Counted from the first letter of the stretch, positions 9,884 to 20,104 are shown. The stretch is DNA of 64,000 bases from an uncultured Actinomycetota bacterium (GCA_963715255.1 CAVQRN010000002.1:113446-177445); one strand, 5' to 3'. The notes: generated by a model from the sequence alone, not told the origin. A program made the numbers and translations.

Positions 9884-10732
9884 TCAGCTCCCGGTCAAGC
9901 CGAGCAGTCGTTCTGCGTTGTCGTGAAGCACCCGACGCCGAATGGTCTCGTCCACCGACCCGGGTTGCCACGCGCCAAGTGCGTCGTCGAGTGACCCAAA
10001 ACACCAGTCGCTACCGAAGAGGCAACGTTCGAAATCGAGGCCCACGAGGGCGTCGAGATCATCCGTGCAGGCACTCGGCGTCGCCCCGACCAGGTTGAGC
10101 CAGACGTTGGACTTATGGGCCGCGACCGCTACGGCTTCGTCACGCCAGAGCCGTCCAAGGTGCGCGATGACGATCTGTAGATCCGGGAATGATGCCGCGA
10201 CCTCGTCGATCGCCCTCGGCTCGCCGTGGGAGAGCCGCAGCCCGGTTCCGCCCGGCATGCCGGATCCAAGTCGCGAGTAGCCGGTGTGGAAGAGACAGAT
10301 CAGACCGTGCTCCGCCGCTGCTTCGTAGACGGTGAACGCCGAGCGGGATGAGGGATCAAAGCCCTGTCCGATCGGATGGAACGCAAGACCAATAAGACCG
10401 AGCCGAGCGGCCGAGTGCACCCCCGCGACGGCTCGAGCGCCCCACGCGGGATCGATCGATCCGAATCCGTAGAACACGTCGGGGTGGGCAGCCACCAGCG
10501 CTGCAACATCCTCGCTGGAGAAGGCTCGTCGGTGAGTGATCGCTTCGGTGTCCCACCCGAGCAGAACCGCCTGCCCATCCCGATCCCTGTAGTAGGCGGC
10601 AACCTCATCGACGGTGAGCGTGTTGAGGTTTGCTTCGATCCGGTCTTCCAGGGGCTCGAGGTAGGGCGCGATCGGTCCGGTCAGGAATTCCATGACCGGA
10701 GGATGAACGTGGAAGTCGATGAAGTCGGTCAA
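9884..10732 (-). CDS. Amidohydrolase-family metal-dependent hydrolase (TIM barrel)
   Basis: TDFIDFHVHPP metal-binding start motif, later H and D ligands (IAHLG, FGSDW). The ORF-track N-terminal 67 aa are R-rich junk. A TTG at 10730-10732 overlaps the stop of the upstream small ORF (TTGA). Confidence 0.7.
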   Translation of the reverse strand: MTDFIDFHVHPPVMEFLTGPIAPYLEPLEDRIEANLNTLTVDEVAAYYRDRDGQAVLLGWDTEAITHRRAFSSEDVAALVAAHPDVFYGFGSIDPAWGARAVAGVHSAARLGLIGLAFHPIGQGFDPSSRSAFTVYEAAAEHGLICLFHTGYSRLGSGMPGGTGLRLSHGEPRAIDEVAASFPDLQIVIAHLGRLWRDEAVAVAAHKSNVWLNLVGATPSACTDDLDALVGLDFERCLFGSDWCFGSLDDALGAWQPGSVDETIRRRVLHDNAERLLGLTGS

Positions 10733-10950
10733 CGGGAGCGGAACCCTCGATTCCGAGCTTCGGCGAGTGTGTCGGGTCCGAACGCCTGGAGAAGCTTCTC
10801 CCCCATGAGGTCTTGCTTCTCCGCCCGCCCTTCGAGTGCGGCGAAATCGTCTGCATCGTCGCAGTCGTGGACGATCATGTTGTCCACGCGTCCCGATCCA
10901 TCGGTTGTGCTCGAATCGCCGGAGTCGATCCATGTGCCGACGATAGTCAC
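10729..10950 (-). CDS. Small acidic hypothetical protein (73 aa)
   Basis: The frame has protein-like composition (DDADDFAALEGRAEKQDLMGEKLLQAFGPDTLAEAR) and GC-rich third positions. It starts 4 nt after the lipoprotein stop and ends in a TTGA overlap with the amidohydrolase. No clear RBS. Confidence 0.35.
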   Translation of the reverse strand: MTIVGTWIDSGDSSTTDGSGRVDNMIVHDCDDADDFAALEGRAEKQDLMGEKLLQAFGPDTLAEARNRGFRSR

Positions 10951-10954
10951 GTTG

Positions 10955-11401
10955 CTAGGTGTCGGTGAGTCGCACCGTTGCGGCCGAGAGCCCGCTGCCG
11001 CCAGCAGTGATGCGGATCACGCCATCGATACCTTCGCCGTTGAACTCCAACACCCACTCGACGTCGGTCCCGCCGGAGCTTGTGACCTCGTACCCACGCG
11101 CGGGAAGATTCTCCTCGTAGTACGCCGCGACCGGTTCCACCGCTGCGGGGAACGTGAGGATCATCTCTGTCAGGCCGCGATTCGAGTCGACGAGCGTGGC
11201 ACCGATGTTGGCCTCATCAGGGATCGGGAACGAGTCCGGGACGGCGTCGGGGATCGAACCCCTTCCGAACACGACGCCCGAAGTAGCGGCATCGGTCACC
11301 ACGGTCGTGGTGGTGTCCGCCGAGGAGTCTCCACATCCGGTCGCGAGGAGCGAGAGCACCATGAATGCGACGGAGGCGACAAGGAGTCTGGTCATCTGCA
11401 T
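10955..11401 (-). CDS. Lipoprotein, function unknown
   Basis: Signal peptide with lipobox: MQMTRLLVASVAFMVLSLLATGC. Confidence 0.7.
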   Translation of the reverse strand: MQMTRLLVASVAFMVLSLLATGCGDSSADTTTTVVTDAATSGVVFGRGSIPDAVPDSFPIPDEANIGATLVDSNRGLTEMILTFPAAVEPVAAYYEENLPARGYEVTSSGGTDVEWVLEFNGEGIDGVIRITAGGSGLSAATVRLTDT

Positions 11402-11486
11402 GACCGGAATGATATGGAGACACCCGAAATAGGGGTGAGCCTCGAGACATACGGCAATGGCTGCCAGCTATCCACACCACGACCGA

Positions 11487-11906
11487 CTACCCGCCAGGTA
11501 GCTCCGGGTCCACCGGATCGCCCACCGCGCCGATCGCGAGGAGGTAGTCGACCTGGAGATCGAGTACGGCGAAGATCGCCTCGGGTTCGTAGGCATGACC
11601 TGCCTCGTACGCACGCTCCTGGATGAACTCAGCGGCGTCGGCGCCTCCTACGACCGCGGGCCCGTCCCGTCTCGATGGCCGCTGGAGGTACAGCATCTCC
11701 CACTCGAGGATGCGTCGAATGTCGGATCGATCCACGGATACGGCGATGGTCTCGGGGAGTCGCTCCCACACGTACACAACAGCATCATCGACGCCGTAGA
11801 TCGCGGCGCCGTCACGAATCTGTGTCCGACGGGCCTGCAGCAGCATCCCCACGCCGAATACGGCGACGAGTGCAACCAGAGCCAGGAAGAAGACGAGCGG
11901 ACCCAT
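11487..11906 (-). CDS. Membrane-anchored hypothetical protein
   Basis: Start trimmed to MGPLVFFLALVALVAVFGVGMLL (ATG 11904-11906): a single N-terminal TM followed by a soluble domain. The upstream part of ORF 11487..12161 is R-rich. Confidence 0.6.
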   Translation of the reverse strand: MGPLVFFLALVALVAVFGVGMLLQARRTQIRDGAAIYGVDDAVVYVWERLPETIAVSVDRSDIRRILEWEMLYLQRPSRRDGPAVVGGADAAEFIQERAYEAGHAYEPEAIFAVLDLQVDYLLAIGAVGDPVDPELPGG

Positions 11907-11968
11907 CGCGGCCAGCGTACCGAAGAATCTACTCCTCAGGAGCACAACCGCTGGTAAGTTCCCGCACC

Positions 11969-12517
11969 ATGGATTTCCAATCAATGCGTCTCTTCTTCGC
12001 CCTCCTCGCCCTTGCCGCAAACGCAGGCACGATCGCCATCGTGGTAATCGGATTCGCCGGTCGAACCGGGCCATCGGGACAAGCGTTGCGTGAACGGGTC
12101 TTCGGCGCCTTCCGTGGACTTGAACTGTGGCTCGGCTTCGCTGTCGCCACGACGGCAACACTCGGGAGCCTCTACCTCTCCGACATCGTGCACCTGGTCC
12201 CGTGCACCTACTGCTGGTACCAGCGAATCGCCATGTATCCCCTGGTGGTCATCTTCGGGATCGCCGCACTGAGAAAGGACCAGGGAGTCCGGATCTATGC
12301 AACGGCCTTGGCCGTGATCGGCGCTGCCATCGCGCTCTACCACCGCATCGTCCAGGTGTTCCCGGAACTCAACGGCTCGGCCTGCTCATCCGGCGTGCCG
12401 TGCACCGCCGCCTACTTCACCCAGTTCGGGTTCGTCACGATCCCGTATATGGCGCTGAGCGGATTTCTCCTGATTCTCGCTCTGCTCTACATCGATCGCT
12501 CCAATAGCGCCGCTTAG
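11969..12517 (+). CDS. Disulfide bond formation protein, DsbB/BdbC family
   Basis: Four predicted TM segments, the CTYCWYQRIAMYP motif (CxxC followed by QR) and a second Cys pair (CSSGVPC). Start at ATG 11969, or alternatively 11984. Confidence 0.75.
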   Translation: MDFQSMRLFFALLALAANAGTIAIVVIGFAGRTGPSGQALRERVFGAFRGLELWLGFAVATTATLGSLYLSDIVHLVPCTYCWYQRIAMYPLVVIFGIAALRKDQGVRIYATALAVIGAAIALYHRIVQVFPELNGSACSSGVPCTAAYFTQFGFVTIPYMALSGFLLILALLYIDRSNSAA

Positions 12518-12551
12518 CGACCATCATTCCCCGACCCCCGAGAGGAGTCCC

Positions 12552-13187
12552 ATGGCCGGAACAACGAAGAACCAGCCGCAGTCGTCCGGAAAGTCCCGGT
12601 CGGTTCCCATCGTCGGCATCGTGGTCGGCGTCGTCGTGGTCCTCGCCGTCGTCGCCGTCGTCTTCGCCGGGAACACAGCGGTGGGCAGCGAGTTCGGGGA
12701 GCCACAGGTGAGTGGCCAGCTGACGCCGGCACCCCAGAACACCAGCGCCGACACGGACGCCACCGGCGAGATGGCGCCGATCGTGATCGGGGAGGACTTC
12801 GACGGGAACGAGGTTCGCATCGAGAACGACGGAAGGGCAAAGGCGATCGCTCTTCTTGCCCACTGGTGCCCCCACTGCCAAAACGAGGTCCCGGAGGTTC
12901 AGGCATGGCTCGAGGCGGGCGGCGGTGTCGATGGGGTTGACCTCTACTCCGTTGCGACTTCCATGAGGTCAACGGGGGACAACTACCCGCCCTCGGAGTG
13001 GCTCGACCGTGAGGGCTGGACGGTGCCCGTGATCGTCGACGATGAACAGAGCAGCGTGTACACGGCGTACGGTTCCGGCGGTTTCCCATTCTGGGTGTTC
13101 GTCAACAGCGACGGCACCGTTGCGCTGCGGATGCAGGGTTTCATTCCGATCTCAGATCTCGCGCAAGTCATGGCTGCGCTCGATTGA
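12552..13187 (+). CDS. TlpA/ResA-like thiol:disulfide oxidoreductase (thioredoxin fold, membrane anchored)
   Basis: N-terminal TM (VPIVGIVVGVVVVLAVVAVVFAG) and thioredoxin-fold active site HWCPHCQNE. Confidence 0.8.
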   Translation: MAGTTKNQPQSSGKSRSVPIVGIVVGVVVVLAVVAVVFAGNTAVGSEFGEPQVSGQLTPAPQNTSADTDATGEMAPIVIGEDFDGNEVRIENDGRAKAIALLAHWCPHCQNEVPEVQAWLEAGGGVDGVDLYSVATSMRSTGDNYPPSEWLDREGWTVPVIVDDEQSSVYTAYGSGGFPFWVFVNSDGTVALRMQGFIPISDLAQVMAALD

Positions 13188-14116
13188 TGGAACTGGGCTT
13201 GATGGTCGAACCGCAGGTCGGGGGCAGCTACGCCCGACTGCGCGAACTCGTCCTTTGGGCGGAAGACCAGGGCCTCGACGCCTTCGCCCGCTCCGACCAC
13301 TATCTCGACCAGGAGCGTTCGGCTCCGACCACCGATGCCCTCACGACGTTCGGTGGTCTCGCTGAAGTCACCGACACGATCCAACTTGTGGTTCTCGTGA
13401 CACCGATCACGTTCCGTCATCCGGCGGTGATCGCGAAGACTGCAACAACGCTCGACGAGATGACCGGTGGTCGGTTCGCGCTCGGTGTCGGGACGGGGTG
13501 GATGCAGGCTGAGCACGAGATGCTCGGGATGGACTTGCCCGCACTCGGGGAGCGATTCGACCGACTCTACGAAACGCTCTCGTATCTCCGCGCCGCGTTT
13601 GGAACGAACGAGGGGTTCTCGGGCGACCATTACCGCCTCGCACCCATCGGGGTCCTCCCCCGTCCCGTCAACGTTCCCATCGTGATCGGCGGAAGTGGGA
13701 TGAAGAAGACTCCCGCATATGCGGGTCGGTTCGCGGACGAGTACAACATGTTCGTCACCGATCGTGAAACGCTCGAACGGCGCCTCGGCGTCATGCGTAC
13801 CGCCGCAGCAGACGCGAATCGAGATCCCGGTGCCGTGAAGGTGAGCCTCGCCGGTCCGGCGCTCGTCACGGCCACCGACGACCAGTACACCGCACTCCTC
13901 GAAGAGCGGGGTTCGAAGCGAGACATGAGCGCCGTCGAATACGAATCGTTCCTCGCCGAACGCAACGTCCCACGCGGCACCCCGGACCAGGCGGCGGCTG
14001 TGATCGCCGAACTGGAAGCTGTGGGCGTCGGGCGCTTCTATCTCCAGCAGTACACCCACCTCGAGGACGTTGATACCGAGGCACTCGCCCCTGTGTTCAA
14101 AGCACTACGCGGATAG
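13187..14116 (+). CDS. LLM-class (luciferase-like) F420-dependent oxidoreductase
   Basis: MELGLMVEPQVG...SDHY N-terminus, GRFALGVGTGW motif and overall luciferase-like monooxygenase layout. The ATG overlaps the upstream TGA (TGATG). Confidence 0.8.
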   Translation: MELGLMVEPQVGGSYARLRELVLWAEDQGLDAFARSDHYLDQERSAPTTDALTTFGGLAEVTDTIQLVVLVTPITFRHPAVIAKTATTLDEMTGGRFALGVGTGWMQAEHEMLGMDLPALGERFDRLYETLSYLRAAFGTNEGFSGDHYRLAPIGVLPRPVNVPIVIGGSGMKKTPAYAGRFADEYNMFVTDRETLERRLGVMRTAAADANRDPGAVKVSLAGPALVTATDDQYTALLEERGSKRDMSAVEYESFLAERNVPRGTPDQAAAVIAELEAVGVGRFYLQQYTHLEDVDTEALAPVFKALRG

Positions 14117-14163
14117 GGGAAACCCTGTCGGATATGGCCTCGCACTGGCCTAGTCTCGCGTTC

Positions 14164-14916
14164 ATGACACCGCTGCTCGTCATCAACGATCTGCACGCCT
14201 CCGTCGAAGGCACCGACATCCTCAAGGGTGTCGACCTCACCGTGAACCCGGGAGAAATCCACGCGATCATGGGCCCGAACGGTTCCGGCAAGTCGACACT
14301 CGCCAACGTGTTGCTCGGCCACCCCTCCTACAAGGTGACCAGGGGCACGATCACGTACAAGGGCGAGGACATCACCGGCACGACTCCCGACGTGCGGGGG
14401 CGCTCCGGCATGTTCCTCGGATTCCAATACCCGGAGGAGATCCCAGGCGTCTCCGTGATCAACTTCCTCCGAACGGCGCTCTCCAACCGAACCGGCATCG
14501 ACTACACGGTGCTTGAGTTGCGGCTCAAAGTCGTCGAGGCAATGCGGGAGCTCGAGATGGATCCGGCATTCGCCGATCGGTACTTGAACGAGGGCTTCTC
14601 CGGGGGGGAGCGCAAGCGCAACGAAGTCCTCCAGATGGCGGTTCTCGAACCGGACTTGGCCGTCCTCGATGAGACCGATTCCGGGTTGGACATCGATGCC
14701 CTCAAGATCGTCGCCGACGGTGTGACCCGGCTGAGCGGCAAGGATCGCGGATTCGTCGTCATCACGCACTATCAACGTATGCTCGACTACATCACCCCCG
14801 ATGCCGTTCACGTGTTCCTCGACGGCCGGATCGTCGATTCGGGTGGTGCCGACCTCGCCGACCGGATCGAATCTTCCGGCTATGACAACTACCGAACCGG
14901 GGTCTCAGCCACTTGA
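14164..14916 (+). CDS. sufC: Fe-S cluster assembly ATPase SufC
   Basis: Walker [20 protein letters not shown], signature FSGGERKRNE, Walker B LAVLDETDSGLD, ITHYQR. Confidence 0.9.
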   Translation: MTPLLVINDLHASVEGTDILKGVDLTVNPGEIHAIMGPNGSGKSTLANVLLGHPSYKVTRGTITYKGEDITGTTPDVRGRSGMFLGFQYPEEIPGVSVINFLRTALSNRTGIDYTVLELRLKVVEAMRELEMDPAFADRYLNEGFSGGERKRNEVLQMAVLEPDLAVLDETDSGLDIDALKIVADGVTRLSGKDRGFVVITHYQRMLDYITPDAVHVFLDGRIVDSGGADLADRIESSGYDNYRTGVSAT

Positions 14917-16145
14917 CCGACCTCAGTCACCTCCGCGAGGACTTCCCGATCCTCAACCGGGAGATCAATGGACGACCTCTCGTCTATCTCGACTCGGCGG
15001 CGACGACGCAGAAACCAGTCCAGGTCCTCGACGCCGTCGACACCTTCTACCGAACGATGAACGCCAACGTGCACCGCGGCGCACACACACTCTCCGCCGA
15101 AGCAACCGAGGCCTACGAGGGAGCCAGAGCGAAGGTCGCATCGTTCATCAACGCCTCATCACCGAACGAGGTCGTGTTCTCCAGAGGAGCTACCACGTCA
15201 CTCAATCACATCGCCTACGGATGGGGCTTGAATCGCCTCGCCGAAGGCGACCGAGTGGTCCTCACCATCATGGAGCACCACGCCAACGTCGTTCCTTGGC
15301 AGCTCGTCGCCAGGCATACAGGAATCGAACTCGTCTATCTCACGCTCGACGACCAATACGAAGTCGACCTGACCGGCCTCGACGACCTGCTTGACGAACG
15401 GGTGAAGATCGTCACCGTGTCCGGCATGTCGAACGTGACCGGGACTCTCGGCCCCGTTCGAACCCTGGTCGAAGCCGCTCGTTCGGTCGGAGCACTCGTC
15501 GTCGTCGATGCCGCCCAACTCGTGCCGCACTCCCCCACCGACGTCCAAGAACTTGATGCCGACTTCCTCGTCCTCTCCGGTCACAAGATGCTCGGACCGA
15601 CCGGAATTGGCGCCATGTGGGGCAAGCCGGAACGCCTCGAAGAGATGGAGCCGACCGAGGGCGGAGGCGAGATGATCGCCGACGTAGGCCTCTACGAATC
15701 CCGTTGGGCCCCGGTCCCACACAAATTCGAAGCCGGAACACCGCCTATTGCTCAAGCCATCGGGCTCGGTGCCGCGGTCGACTACCTCTCGGCCATCGGC
15801 ATGGAGACGGTCAGGGATCATGAACACGAGATCACCGGCTATGCCCTCAAACGTCTGGCGGAAATCCCCGACCTCACCGTCTACGGACCCGCCGATCCCA
15901 ACAACCGCGGCGGCGCCGTGAGTTTCTCGCTCGCCGATATCCACGCCCACGACATCGCGACGATCCTCGACCAGCACGGCGTCGAGGTTCGGGCGGGACA
16001 CCACTGTGCGAAGCCGTTGATGCGGCACCTCCAGGTCCCGGCGACCGCGCGAGCGTCGTTCTACGTCTACAACACGACCGATGACGTGGACCGCCTCGTC
16101 GAGGGGCTGGGCGACGCTCGCTCCCTGTTCGGTCTCCGCTCCTGA
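14913..16145 (+). CDS. sufS: Cysteine desulfurase SufS (class V aminotransferase, group II)
   Basis: YLDSAATTQKP, SGHKMLGPTGIG (PLP lysine), RAGHHCAKPL active-site Cys loop. TTG start overlaps the sufC stop (TTGA). Confidence 0.9.
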   Translation: MTDLSHLREDFPILNREINGRPLVYLDSAATTQKPVQVLDAVDTFYRTMNANVHRGAHTLSAEATEAYEGARAKVASFINASSPNEVVFSRGATTSLNHIAYGWGLNRLAEGDRVVLTIMEHHANVVPWQLVARHTGIELVYLTLDDQYEVDLTGLDDLLDERVKIVTVSGMSNVTGTLGPVRTLVEAARSVGALVVVDAAQLVPHSPTDVQELDADFLVLSGHKMLGPTGIGAMWGKPERLEEMEPTEGGGEMIADVGLYESRWAPVPHKFEAGTPPIAQAIGLGAAVDYLSAIGMETVRDHEHEITGYALKRLAEIPDLTVYGPADPNNRGGAVSFSLADIHAHDIATILDQHGVEVRAGHHCAKPLMRHLQVPATARASFYVYNTTDDVDRLVEGLGDARSLFGLRS

Positions 16146-16166
16146 GACAGGTATCGTTCCAATCTC

Positions 16167-16619
16167 ATGTCTTCTCTCGACGAGCTCTACCGCCAGGTCA
16201 TCCTCGACCACTACCGAAACCCGCGTCGCCGCGGATCGCTCTCCGGCCCTCACGTTCACGCCGAGGGGCTGAACCCCTCGTGTGGTGACGAGTTCTCCCT
16301 CGACCTTCAAATCGATGGCGGCGTGATCACCGACGCCGCCATCCAGGGTCAGGGTTGCTCGATCTCGCAGGCTTCCGGATCGATGATGACCGACGTGATC
16401 GTCGGCAAGACGATCGACGAGGCCAGGGAGATCACGACAACCTTCAAGCTGATGATGGGAATCGATGAGGGGAATAGTCCCCTCGATCCCGAGCGACCGG
16501 GAGCGGTGCTCGGTGACCTCGAGGCGCTTCAGGGCGTGAAGAAGTTCCCGGTGCGCATCAAGTGCGCCGGCCTCCCGTGGGCGACGCTGACCGACGCTCT
16601 CGACCGTTCCGAGAACTGA
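16167..16619 (+). CDS. sufU: SUF-type Fe-S scaffold/sulfur acceptor SufU (NifU/IscU-like)
   Basis: LYRQVILDHYRNPR, NPSCGDE, GQGCSISQAS, IKCAGLPW: the conserved Cys ligands of SufU. Confidence 0.85.
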   Translation: MSSLDELYRQVILDHYRNPRRRGSLSGPHVHAEGLNPSCGDEFSLDLQIDGGVITDAAIQGQGCSISQASGSMMTDVIVGKTIDEAREITTTFKLMMGIDEGNSPLDPERPGAVLGDLEALQGVKKFPVRIKCAGLPWATLTDALDRSEN

Positions 16620-16674
16620 CTCCCGCCCCCCCCTCACCGTCTGTCGGAGAGCCACCGATTGGTACGATGACTGA

Positions 16675-17256
16675 ATGATCTACACACCGACGACCGCTCT
16701 CATCGTCGTAGACGTTCAGAACGACTTCGCCGACCCGAGCGGGTCCCTCTATGTCGCCGGCGGCGAGACGACACTTCCGTTCATCAACGAACAGATCGCA
16801 GCCGCCAATGAGATGAGCGCGACCGTGGTCTACACCCGCGATTGGCATCCCGAATCGACGCCTCACTTCGCCAAGGACGGCGGCATCTGGCCGGTGCACT
16901 GCGTCGGCGACACGTTGGGCGCCGAGTTCCATCCCGATCTCGTCGTGAGCGGCCCCGAGATCAAGAAAGGCATCGACGGCGAGGACGGATACTCGGGTTT
17001 CTCAGTGCGCGATCCGGCGACCGGTGCCGAGTCGGCGACCGGTCTCGAGTCTCTTCTCAAGGATGCGGGAATCATCGACGTGGTCATCGTCGGGCTCGCG
17101 ACCGACTACTGCGTCAAGGAGACGGCGCTGGACGCCACACGCTTGGGATTCTCGACGACGGTTCTCGCCGACGCTATCCGGGCCGTGAACCTCTCGCCCG
17201 GAGATGGAGCGCGGGCCATCGCCGACATGGTCTGTTCAGGAGTCACCGTTCGGTAG
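16675..17256 (+). CDS. pncA: Nicotinamidase/pyrazinamidase (isochorismatase family)
   Basis: ALIVVDVQNDF, DWHP...HF, WPVHCV, GLATDYCV catalytic Cys motif. Confidence 0.8.
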   Translation: MIYTPTTALIVVDVQNDFADPSGSLYVAGGETTLPFINEQIAAANEMSATVVYTRDWHPESTPHFAKDGGIWPVHCVGDTLGAEFHPDLVVSGPEIKKGIDGEDGYSGFSVRDPATGAESATGLESLLKDAGIIDVVIVGLATDYCVKETALDATRLGFSTTVLADAIRAVNLSPGDGARAIADMVCSGVTVR

Positions 17257-17431
17257 TTGGTATCCGGCAAGGGCTCTCTCTGCCTGTTGCCTGTCCAACC
17301 GGTCCGGGTTCAGATCTCCTCCTCCACCTCGCGAGTTCTTCCTTCCTGTCGATCAACGGGCGGGGCTTCCACAACATCGAGACATCGTATCGACCTGGTC
17401 TGACAGAGAACCGCTCCACGGACGGATCTTC

Positions 17432-18034
17432 TCAAGTGTCTTCGGCGTCACTCCTCTGCGGCATTCGTGCTGCTCCGAGGACGGAGTCCACAATCTCTGA
17501 GAGCCAGATGTCGGTCACCGGGAGCCGACTCACCATGACCCGAAACCAAACGGGAGCGGCTACTCCCTCGATGACACGATTCGATGCCGTGCCGGTCGGC
17601 AGCTGATCCCGCTCGACAGCCCTCGCCACGATGGATCCAGCCTGCTCGAAACGCTTCGACCAGAAGGCGTCGGCGATCTCCCGCATCGACGACGTATCTG
17701 CTGCTCCGATGGCCGCCGCCGCAACCGACCGGCCGATCGGTTCAGAGATACTCACGGCGATCGACCGACCCAGCGCAATCAAGTCGAGTGTGGCATCGCC
17801 GGTATCGGGAATAGGAATCCCTTCACTCCCTCGTTCGAGAAGCGCCTCGAGGGCCACCTTGTCGGCACTCCCCCACCGGCGATAGATCGTCGTCTTGTGA
17901 ACCCCTGACCGTTCGGCAATCCGCTCGACACTGAGTGACCCCCATCCCATTTCGCTGACCTCGAGGAGAGCAGCTCGGAATACTGCTTCACGAACGCGAG
18001 CGCTTCTGCCACCTGGCCGTTTGTTCGAATCCAT
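17432..18034 (-). CDS. TetR/AcrR family transcriptional regulator
   Basis: N-terminal HTH: GRSARVREAVFRAALLEVSEMGWGSLSVERIAERSGVHKTTIYRRW. Start trimmed to MDSNKRPGG. Confidence 0.85.
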   Translation of the reverse strand: MDSNKRPGGRSARVREAVFRAALLEVSEMGWGSLSVERIAERSGVHKTTIYRRWGSADKVALEALLERGSEGIPIPDTGDATLDLIALGRSIAVSISEPIGRSVAAAAIGAADTSSMREIADAFWSKRFEQAGSIVARAVERDQLPTGTASNRVIEGVAAPVWFRVMVSRLPVTDIWLSEIVDSVLGAARMPQRSDAEDT

Positions 18035-18045
18035 CTTTCCATTAT

Positions 18046-18066
18046 AACGCAACTTCTTGTTGCATT
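18046..18066. promoter_or_regulatory. Candidate TetR operator (imperfect palindrome) in the divergent tetR/SRPBCC intergenic region
   Basis: AACGCAAC-ttctt-GTTGCATT (7/8 inverted repeat) in an unusually AT-rich 85-bp spacer between divergent genes. Confidence 0.3.
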
Positions 18067-18119
18067 AGCAGATCGATCCGGATACGCTAACGCCACACGT
18101 CGTCGCATCAGGAGGAACC

Positions 18120-18554
18120 TTGAGAGAACTCACCACGAACATCGAGATCAAGAGCGCCCCCGAAGCAGTCTGGGCGACGCTCATGGACTTCGACGCCTAT
18201 CCAGAGTGGAATCCGTTCATCCAGGAGATCTCCGGGGCTGCAGAAGTGGATGCACAACTCAGCGTCCGCCTCCAGAACCCGGGAGGAAAGGCGATGACCT
18301 TCACGCCGACGGTTACGAACGCAGAGTCCCCGCGCCGCTTCTCATGGTTGGGGAAACTCGGTTTCAAGGGGATCTTCGATGGTCACCATCGCTTCGACAT
18401 CGAGCCCACCGGGAACGGAACCGTCCTCTTCACACAGAGCGAGGAGTTCAGGGGCGCCCTGGTGCCGATCCTTTGGGGGATGGTGAACGGCAAGACTCGG
18501 GCCGGATTCGAATCCATGAACGCCGCCCTGAAGAAGCGGGTCGAGGAGCGTTAG
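18120..18554 (+). CDS. SRPBCC (START/polyketide-cyclase-like) family protein
   Basis: IEIKSAPEAVWATLMDFDAYPEWNPFI is typical of the SRPBCC/AHSA1 fold. TTG start preceded by AGGAGGA at 18110-18116. Confidence 0.75.
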   Translation: MRELTTNIEIKSAPEAVWATLMDFDAYPEWNPFIQEISGAAEVDAQLSVRLQNPGGKAMTFTPTVTNAESPRRFSWLGKLGFKGIFDGHHRFDIEPTGNGTVLFTQSEEFRGALVPILWGMVNGKTRAGFESMNAALKKRVEER

Positions 18555-20104
18555 CCGCCCGGTCGCTCTCTGGCGATCAATTCCGCCTGGAGCTGCTTCA
18601 CCTGCTGCGTCAACGACACGTGGTACACGTGGGGGTTGACGAGGCGTCGTACGCCCACGTCGAGGCGTTCCAGATCGGCGAGCCTGCGCTGCCTCATCTC
18701 GTCGAGCGACGGCACCGAGCCGACTCGATCACCCTCCCGGTAGGCGGGAACGACCAACTCTTCAACGTCACGGATGGCGTCGAGCCGTCGCATGATGCCC
18801 GCGCGGTGCGGGTGGTACAGATCAAGATCTCCGCCGAACGACAGGTCCTCGTCCCCCGCCGAGACGACGTCGGCGGTGGCGAGACCTCGGTCGTCATAGA
18901 TTCGCCAGACACGTTTGTCCCCGGGAATCGGCATCTTCTCCGGTGTGTCCGAGATCTTCATCGTGGGGAGCCACTCCCCGGTTCCATCGATCGCAACAAG
19001 CTTGTAGACACCGCCGAGTGCCGGGTATCCATGCGATGTGAGCAGTCGGGTTCCGACACCGTACGTGAGCCGATGGAGCACGGCAGCGCCGCCGACGCCG
19101 TAGCGAGGCGCCTCTTCAACGATCTGGGCTCGGATCTGCCACATCGCGAGCTCGTCGAGTTCTGAGGAGAGGACGATGCGAGCGTCCGGGAAGCCTCCGT
19201 CGTCGAGCAAACGAGCGGCGCGCACGGCGAGGTGGGCGAGGTCGCCCGAGTCCAATCGAATCCCGACCGGCTCGTGGCCCTCAGATCGCAGCTCCTTGAA
19301 TACCGTGATGGCGTTCGGGATGCCGCTCTTCAGCGTGTCGATCGTGTCGACGAGCAGCAGACACTCATCAGGGTAGGTCGCGGCATAGGCGCGGAATGCA
19401 CCGATCTCACCTTCTCCGAGCGCCATGAAGAGCTGTACCAACGAATGGGCATGCGTGCCTTGTGGGTCGACACCCATCGCGTGCGACGCTCCCACGTTGC
19501 TCGACGCATCGGCACCACCGATCAGCGCCGCCCTGGTTCCAGCGTTGGTCCCGACATCAGGTCCTCGCCGCATCCCGAATTCCAACACCGGGCCGCCGGC
19601 CGCCGACTCGGCGACGCGTGAGGCCTTCGTCGCGACCAGCGTTTGGTAGTTGAGGTGGTTCAGGAACGACGTCTCAAGGATCTGAGCGACGGCCAACGGC
19701 CCCTCGACGATCGCTATTGGGGCGTGCGCGTGGACGACTCGTCCCTCGGGTACGGACCGGATCGAGACACCTTCGAAGCCGCCGGTCTCCGCAAGCCACG
19801 ACAGGAACCCTTCGTCGAACCGACGCCCGCCGCTCGCACAGCGCTGGGAGCGGAGACGATCGAGGTCCTCGTCGCGGACCCGTGTGGTCTCGATCCAATC
19901 GAGTAGCCACTCGAGACCGGCGAACACCGCGTAGCCGGCCTGATGACGCCCATAGTCGGGGTACCGGCGGAAGAAGTAATCGAACTGCGCGGTGCGCTCG
20001 TGCAGGCCGTACTTCCAGTACAGCTGCGACATGGTGAGCTGGTACTGATCGGTGAAGAGGAACCCCTCCGTCAGGTCACGACGATCGTATGACATTGGTT
20101 CCAC
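18551..20104 (-). CDS. pncB: Nicotinate phosphoribosyltransferase
   Basis: FTDQYQLTMSQLYW N-terminus, EFGMRRG, GTHAHS, IRLDSGDL motifs. The start may instead be the ATG three codons in. Confidence 0.85.
   Translation of the reverse strand: MEPMSYDRRDLTEGFLFTDQYQLTMSQLYWKYGLHERTAQFDYFFRRYPDYGRHQAGYAVFAGLEWLLDWIETTRVRDEDLDRLRSQRCASGGRRFDEGFLSWLAETGGFEGVSIRSVPEGRVVHAHAPIAIVEGPLAVAQILETSFLNHLNYQTLVATKASRVAESAAGGPVLEFGMRRGPDVGTNAGTRAALIGGADASSNVGASHAMGVDPQGTHAHSLVQLFMALGEGEIGAFRAYAATYPDECLLLVDTIDTLKSGIPNAITVFKELRSEGHEPVGIRLDSGDLAHLAVRAARLLDDGGFPDARIVLSSELDELAMWQIRAQIVEEAPRYGVGGAAVLHRLTYGVGTRLLTSHGYPALGGVYKLVAIDGTGEWLPTMKISDTPEKMPIPGDKRVWRIYDDRGLATADVVSAGDEDLSFGGDLDLYHPHRAGIMRRLDAIRDVEELVVPAYREGDRVGSVPSLDEMRQRRLADLERLDVGVRRLVNPHVYHVSLTQQVKQLQAELIARERPGG

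Noticed and set aside
18551-18554. Overlapping convergent stop codons of the SRPBCC gene (TAG) and pncB (TAA); likewise a 19-nt convergent overlap at 36437-36455
   Set aside because: These are real in the sequence but are common compaction in dense genomes. No structure or repeat is associated with them, so they are not treated as findings.
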